A stretch of 63,428 nucleotides of DNA, the filler included. It is 9 parts of 9 records of this genome, joined end to end, with 100 filler letters (N's around TTAATTAATTAA, not from the genome) between each part and the next. Parts side by side here need not be neighbours in the genome. Positions count along the whole stretch, not along the records: positions 55,153 to 63,428 come from DRR378314_2777; 8 more parts are not named here. One strand, written 5' to 3'. The position numbers were made by a program, and so were the translations under genes. The notes below the pieces were generated by a model, which had not been told where the DNA came from, did not search any database, and saw only the letters and a list, made by a program, of their open reading frames with translations. Positions 56,141-63,428 of this stretch are shown here, in pieces (position 1 is the first letter of the stretch; each line of letters begins with the position of its first letter).

Positions 56141-59100
56141 GATCCATTTCTTGGCTCACGAGGTGTGGGCTCTCCTTCCCTCTTGGTATCACCGCTTTTG
56201 CATTGCACTCCCATCATCAGCGAACACGGCGTTGCTTGTCCAGGCGGCAGAGTTATGTGCTGTAGCAATATCTCGAGATTTGTCTCACCATATCATCGCA
56301 GACCAACATTAGTGCAAAAATGGATCTTGCTACTGTTACTGATTGTCGTACCCATGCGCCTCGCGATTGTAAAGCAGATTGTGGCCGTCTGCTCAATTGG
56401 ATCATGGTAATTCAAATGTCTCTTACCTCTAATATTAAGCGATCTTTTGAAAATTATGCACAAACCTTTAGTCCACTTCCTTGCACAGGTGTGCGTGTGA
56501 GTTGGCGGTACGCAAGGCTTTTATACGTGGAGATTGTCCTTGGACACCTGTGGCAATGGGAACCTCTGATGATGATGCTGCGCATTCACCGGACAGAGAT
56601 CGTCCTTCTCGCCGCTCCGGTTACAATGTTGGTAATTTTTCCCGCTTGTATTCATACAGTGTGATGCGCTAGCGGTTCTATGCGAGAATGTTCCGCGCGA
56701 GCTGCGAAACGGCCCTGGTGATGAAGCGAAATTATACCATCACGCATGCTGCGACCTTATCCGCGAGCTGGCAACGCTGTTGGAATAATTTTTCTTCCCA
56801 CAACCTTGCGTATGCCTTGTTCTGTGAGAACAATGACCTACATTACAATAAGATGGCGCTAGGAAGAACGATGAAAGACAATTGCGACCAAAACTTTCCT
56901 TGTTTGTTTTATGGCGAAAGCAACACTGGACAAACGAGAAGAAATTTGGCAGGAGGCGAATTGCGTTTGGGGAGCGCGTAACTGTCGCACAAGCGACCTT
57001 CTCAGACCCGTGGATCTTTGCAGTGCGCGGTGCACGTATGTTTAGAGCCAAAAGACATGAAATACATTTTGATCTTTATGTTTCTGTGCGCACCGATGAC
57101 TGGCCGGTATTGGGGGAGGGATAGGGATCCGAAGTAGTGGATTTTGTGCAACGCGTCCGAGCCGGTTGCGCCGCTCGTCGTGGCGACCCAAGAATGACTA
57201 CAGGAAATACCGGAGTACTCATCGAATGAGCAAGCATAGCCCTTTACATTCCACTACTGACACGACATTGGCCATTCTTAGCCAAATATACGCATTTGCA
57301 CATGACGTGCCATGAAAAGATTCGCAACAAGATGAGTGGGGACTGGAATGTCGAGCACGTGTTTGTCGTTGTGCTGTGCGCTGGCCGCACGCTAGAGCCA
57401 GATGGGATTCGCGCTCGCGGGGGGGGGGTCGCACTCCTTGCGGCTCAGTTGGGCACGAATCCAGCTGAATGCGCTCTTGCGGTGGTGAGAAAGTACGCAT
57501 TTGCTCCACTACATTCGGCATGAATGGAGAGATGGACTGAACAGTAAATTTGCGGCTCAATATCATGTGACGGCGCGGCAGTACCCGTTGGCTTGGAGAC
57601 CAAGGACCACTGCCATACATTGCGAACAACTGGCCAAAGCACCTCTCCCTTTCAATTTTCCCATACTGCGCCTGTGTTTCTGACGGTTAGTAAGGGATCA
57701 AATAACTCTATCATCCATTCAACCCAAAAAGATCTAGGGTGATACTTTCATGCATCGCCAGACTGTTGCAGAGGTTGAAGGGACTGCGTTACGGAGGCGC
57801 GGCGTTGGTTACCCGCCGTGATACTCTGCATCGCAATGGTGGCGACCGGTGCAGAATAATGTAAGTGCAAGCACTTTACGGGAGAGTACCCCTGGACATC
57901 CCATACCCCGAGCAACAGCGCTTCAGAAACTATTTTCTTGGACTGGCAATGTATGTTGGCGAGAAATTGGTCTTCGCGAGGGCCGTACTGCTACCCACCG
58001 CGTCCTTGTAATGGGGTAGACTTGTCCTCAGCACGACCGCTACCGTACCAGGGGCGATGACTGGGCGTCACGCGCACAGCTTGCAATCAACCGGGATCGA
58101 CTGCGGGTGTCGCACGGACTTACCTCAAGTACGGCTACGTCGGTATGCTCGGAAACAACATCACAATCTGTTGAGCGACGACGGTAGCGCAAAGCTCGCT
58201 GCTGCTCCTGTAATCGTTGAACAAAGCAACACACACGTTGTGCAACGAAATCACCTTCTTCAACCAGTGCATTGATAATGAGCCGTAGCGCTGGGGCAAT
58301 GCGTTCGGGCGCCGCAGCTCTCGTAACCCACTATAATGGCCAATATTGATCTATGATTAAAATATTTAGAAAAAGTATAGACGAATAGATGTCACCGTGC
58401 GTGCGCTTTTGGTACGAGAAATTGCTGCTCTGCGCGCACAAGCACTCTCGCATGCGCGCATGTGTGCATACATACTCGTCATCGACACGCTAAGCAAACG
58501 CCCATGGAAATCGCGCATGCTCGGTAACTACCGTTCAATACCATATGCATATTCGCATGAATACGTCCTCATCACCAGTTACCGGTGTCTTCAAAATGTA
58601 AAACTCCTATCGTGAGCTGTCAATCGTTTCTCGCTCATGATTATCGCATTCTCACGCCTATGATCGTACGTCCAGCTTATCGTCTATCTTTTATGCCCTC
58701 GTTGCAAAAAAAGAGAAGGTATTCTTTGTAACGAGAGGGCCTAAGCTCCTGATACAGATTCATATAGGGCTTGGGGGAGGCAACTGCGATGTTCACCAAC
58801 ACGACGCATACGTTCTTTCCTCTCCGCGCGCTCCAATGCAGCGTTGTGTTGTAAACGGCTGCAGGCAGGCGTGCGCAGCGGCGCCTTGCTCCTCTCAACA
58901 TACCATTGACAGCGACATTTTTTTATCCTCTGCAGTCATGCTTCCGCGCCTACCGTCGCCTTCAATTCGCGAGGGAACTCGTACTGCAGTCTCCTGGACG
59001 CGATTTGCAGTCTCAAATATACTGCGGAGTCGTTCTCGGTGCCGATGTACTTTTGCACGTTCCCGATCTCTGGCATCGTATCGTTTCATTCAAATGCACG

Positions 59101-59860
59101 GGCCGGAAACGCAACATTAGAGCATCTTTCTCCCACTGTTTTTGTATTTTTGTCCCATTTCTCTATCATTTAGAGAAATATATTACAGGTAACGGGTGAT
59201 TGTATGGGTACATGCGAAGAAGCAGCTGTACATGCACGCCGACGCTACGCGCTTGCGAAGGGAACGCAGGCGCAGTGCCATCAGGTACAACACGGGCGCC
59301 GAGCGTCCCGGGCATCCGATCCACTACGTTTACCAGTAGCCACCGCAATCGTCCCAGGGGGGTTTCAGAAATTTTGAACGTGAATACATTCGATTCAACA
59401 GTAAAAACCTTTGCTTTTGCTCGAAATCAAGGCATACGGCCATTGAGGGGGGGGGCGGGCGTGGGCGTACCTCTTTCGATCCTGAAGGCCCTGGCGATCC
59501 ATGCGGATGAGTTGCGACAGTGCGTCACCGCCTTCCGACATTGGTACATGCTGGTTTCGTTTCAGGAGATGCGCGCCAACAACGAAACAGAGGAGAATCA
59601 TACATACGAAAACCCAATAGCAAATAAAATCCACATATCGAGCGGCCTCGTTATCACAAGAAGCATTTTTTTTTGCTTACGAGTAAGTGCAAATGGCCTT
59701 GAGTGACGCCTAGGAGCGTGCAGTGGCAGCGCTGCGTCCTCTCCGCTTTCCGTCGCTGCTCCAAGCGGTCGGCAGGCAGCAGTTTTTAACAGGCCCACGT
59801 AGGCCGCGAAGTGTCTACCTTTACTCAGCCATCTTTCGCTATCATCACTACAACAAGAAT

Positions 59861-62800
59861 CTACCTACGTACTGGTTGTGTAGAGGCGATACTGTGTTGT
59901 CCGCCCTCTGATAGATCCGACTCATCGTCACTTATGTCGACCGTTTCATTGATATCCTGCACTTCGCCAAGAATTTCGCGAAGCTCGCCTTTCAGCTTTC
60001 GATACTCTACTAAATTGTCTTCGATTGCCATGAGCACAAGGCTGAAATTCTCGAGCATGCGCGGTGTCAAGTTTGTAAAGTCAGTGGACTCGAGAAACCG
60101 CTGTGAGCGCCACGTTTCCTACGTTTCGGGGGGCCGGGGCGCAAGAAGGTAGCGCCGCCGGTTCAGTCGTAGGAAAGTGGCAGCCAGCCAGAGGGGCGTG
60201 TCTGTTGTTCGCCCATTGTAGTGGTCGCGAGATGAGGACAGCCCCCGCCGGTCGCTTTGCAAGGCAGTCTAGTCAGCGGGCCAAATATGTGAGATTCCTT
60301 ATCATCATAAGAAAGAAGTGGTTCCAGAAAATCGCTCCGCATGGTGTACCAGGAATGCACAGTTTGCGCGGGAAAGCGGTCAGTAGGCGCAAAAGGTGAG
60401 AGGGAAAGGCAGTGCGGCCATCGCGCCTGTTGCCACCCAATGCCAGTCATTGGCATCCGTTCGTACCGGAGGAACCTCTTCGATTCCGCATATCTGAGGA
60501 ATAGCCTTGTTCTGAAATGTAGAATTTACGGAAAACTCCCGTGCGCGCGCCTGCGCATTGAGAATGGGAGACGCATCACAGGAGAGACGGACTACCAGGT
60601 TCAAATGCCAGGGAAGCCATCCACGGATGCGACCCATTTTGGGCATCACTGACACTTTCGCGAAACGCACGGTCATTCGCTACCAAGAGGGGGTTAGGCA
60701 CAGTGGACAGACATTCTCTCTCTACCTTGGCAGGCTATGCTTGCTATCCCGCTCTTGCTTTTGGTACTAAGAAGAGTCTTTGTAGCGTGCGGGGCCATTT
60801 CGAAAGAATCTCGGTACTATCCGAAACGCGGGGAGAGTGCCGGGGAACGGGCGCATGCAGAAGCAAGGCGTGGACAATGCTGCCACTGCGCTGTGTCCAT
60901 GCGCAGGGCCCATCTTGTTTTGTTTCCTTCCTTTCCTCACCTCACGTACTTCGCTAGTATAAGCTCACAGAGTACGCTGCGTGGTATGATCTTTGCAACA
61001 TGACTGTGTTTTTGCGCCAACGAACCCTGTTTTCGCGGGAAACTTCGGAGTACGACTGCTGAAGATTTGTCACGATCACGCCGACAATCATGTTCGCGAA
61101 GATGAAGGCGCCGAATATAATAAAGAGCGCAAAGTAGATGGCAGCAACGACAAAATCGACAGAGTCTTTCTCTACTAATAAATTGAACAAATCGACCCAT
61201 CCGTCCTATAAGTGGTTGTTCGCGAAAATAATAGTAGAAATGCCGCATCTGCATGTGAGTGCTATGCTGTGTGTGCATCGTGTATGGTGGGGCGGGCAGG
61301 CTGCGCTGGCGAACTCCCGGTCTTCAGGAGGGCGGAAGGACAGCGGTATTGTGCGCGCTGGGAGGGTGTCGACTGCCATTGCACCCCAACAGCAGCGCAA
61401 AGACTTCACGGCACCCTCTGTAGACCGTTGAGGAAAATAAAATTACTGTTAGTTTTGAAGCTGCGGTCACGAGTGCGAATTGGCACGGGAGACTAGCTTA
61501 ATACTTTGTGGCCGCGGGGCGGGAACGGATGAATAGGACAGGTGCCGTCCAAGCTAGCCCGAGACGCCGCGCGGGGCTGGCTATTCGTAGCCGCGCACGT
61601 CAGCGCACATGCACACGGTTGCAAATGCACATGCGCTACAGGCAAGTACATATCAGAAATGAGCGGGCGTTTGTGTGTTCTCGCAAAAAGCGAGGGAGAA
61701 GAGGACGATGCATGCACACATACCTGCGTCATCATGATAAACAGCGAGTACAAGTTGAGGTCGATGGATCCAAACCATTCCGGCAGTGCTTCGCCGAACA
61801 AGTTGACGCCCAAGACAGCAAAGATGAACATAACGATGAAAAGTAGGAGTAGAATATTGATTACATCGGGAATGGACTGGATGACAGTCTGCACAACAAC
61901 TTGGAGTCCCCTGAGGATGGAAATGCCGCGCAGCGTCCGAAAGGCACGTAGGACGCGGAGAATTCGCAGAACTCGCCCCGACGAGACAAACGAGAACCCT
62001 TCGCCAAGGACAGACACTGCAACGAGAACAAAGTCGAAAATGTTCCACCCGTTGTCCCAGAAAGCGACGAAACCGTGGATCCACTGCAAGCACATTTGCC
62101 CCAGATTGGCACGCGTTCCAATATTATCGGCATGGTAATCTCTCCTGGTATGTATGCCAGCTCTGTCAAGGCTCAAGGTGATAAAGGATCTGGAGAGAGC
62201 GCGGGTTTGCATGCCGTGTCTGCAAGGCGAAGAGCTTGCTTGCGCGAAAGCAAGCTGTGAAGGCGATTTTCATCCGCGTGTGCGAGGTTGGCAGCGAGAA
62301 GGGTGTGCCGGAAACTGACGGACACGGCGTCTCCCAGAGCAGCAGGCGCACCTTTAGACATATCTCAATGACAAATACCGTCAGAAACACATAGTCGATA
62401 GCAGAGAATAGGACGTTGAATTGTTTTTCGAGTGCGTAATTTGTTTGCAGTCCAATCAGAAGCGCGTTGAAAATGATCAACACTAGGATAGCGTTGCGGA
62501 AGAGCGCGGAGCTGACGAGTCGACGGACGAGGTCTTGCTCCAGATACAAGCGGAAGGCGTCGTCCCCGTCTGTATCTGCAACCTCGGTGAATGCAGCTAA
62601 TTTGCGCTCTGCGTTTCCGCGATGCTGTTTTTCGTTATTTTTCAGAGCTCTGTGGAAAGACAGCTGCGACCAGTCGCTTGCGGACGACAGGGCCGAGAGG
62701 CGCCCGCTAGGTGCTCGTCCAGTTCGGCTGAGACGGCTAGCCTCGCGGAGCAGACTACCGGGCGCCGCGCTTGTGGACCCACCCTCGGAGCTTCCTTGCG

Positions 62801-63035
62801 TGCTCTGGCGGAAATACCCAGCGCCACTCTCGTTCGCACCCACATCGCCAAAGCCAATCTTTGGACGAATGAATATGGCGCGCGCTTGCCGAGGAGGGTC
62901 GAAGCCGTGCACCTGCGGAAGGACGATGCCAGGGACCGCAAACTCCTCGGGCGCCGTGACGCGCTCCGCTCCTTCCCCGCGCGCCGCGGCAGGGTCATGG
63001 GACCTTGAGCTGCTTGACGTGCTGGGCCGCGACAT
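59861..63035 (-). CDS. CatSper4-like single-domain voltage-gated Ca2+ channel; probable exons 63035-62352, 62083-61724, 61205-61026, 60550-60467, 60118-~59870; further 3' exons possible
   Basis: S1-S6 with FVIEI.LK, WNIFDF and S4 RVLRILRVLRAFRTLR. The filter TQ|DGW spans an intron. C-terminal ENF.LVLMAIEDNL.EY..L..EL..I..EV. All junctions are phase 0. Confidence 0.8.
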
Positions 63036-63428
63036 CGCGCACAGGTGCGGCGGGTAAAGGAAAGGAAAAGAAAGAAAACAACAGCAGCAAATGCAACGGA
63101 AAGGACGACGGAGATAGACTCTCCGGTCTCGTGCGCTACAGGTACAGGAAATGCCAGAGGAAACAAGGAAACAAGAACAAACAAACAAACAGCGGTTTGT
63201 GCGTCGCCAGGCCCTCGTGGCATTCCTCCTTTTCCTCGCGCTAGGGTCGGTGACGATGCGCAGCGCTCCCTCCATGAGGTGTCGCGTTTCAACAGCAGGA
63301 GAACGGGTAGAAACACGCAGCAGCGTTTTATTCCGGAGTGGAGAAGCACGCTTAACTTGCAAAGTATAACAACAATGAATACAGCCATCATTTTCAACTG
63401 AACCCGCCGCGACAAAGCGGCGCGCTGC

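Overview
This window is not one locus. It is nine unrelated contigs joined by eight artificial 100-nt linkers (44 N + TTAATTAATTAA + 44 N). (A) 1-9462: high-GC gammaproteobacterium (Alcanivorax/Pseudomonas-like) with an RDD-SpoIIM-DUF4129-DUF4350-MoxR operon, arsC-wrbA-DUF2069, yihY, acylphosphatase and a hydrolase. (B) 9563-14828: one uninterrupted eukaryote-like ankyrin-repeat ORF. (C) 14929-21503: a spliced coiled-coil gene plus a divergent, lower-GC, frameshifted gene ending in a TadA-like zinc deaminase domain. (D) 21604-27479: Rhodobacteraceae miaB/irr/fabA/fabB region with inserted HD and adenylate cyclase-FHA genes. (E) 27580-33063: a three-exon eukaryotic sterol 14-demethylase (CYP51) fused in frame to cytochrome b5. 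(F) 33164-40396: Rhodobacteraceae soxBD, ccmI, ruvX and dusA, with the remnant of a dusA-integrated element. (G) 40497-48153: Rhodobacteraceae csp, L,D-transpeptidase, a SRAP/YedK homologue with Pro in place of the catalytic Cys2, tesA-ybbA-ybbP, an Rrf2 regulator, a GGCT and gltX. (H) 48254-55052: eukaryotic TBC-rhodanese and DH-RhoGEF genes. (I) 55153-63428: eukaryotic ARM-repeat exons and a multi-exon CatSper4-like channel. The best leads are the CYP51-b5 fusion, the Pro-SRAP, the orphan deaminase, the probable protist CatSper and the dusA island remnant. All family calls come from motif recognition by eye; no database search was run.
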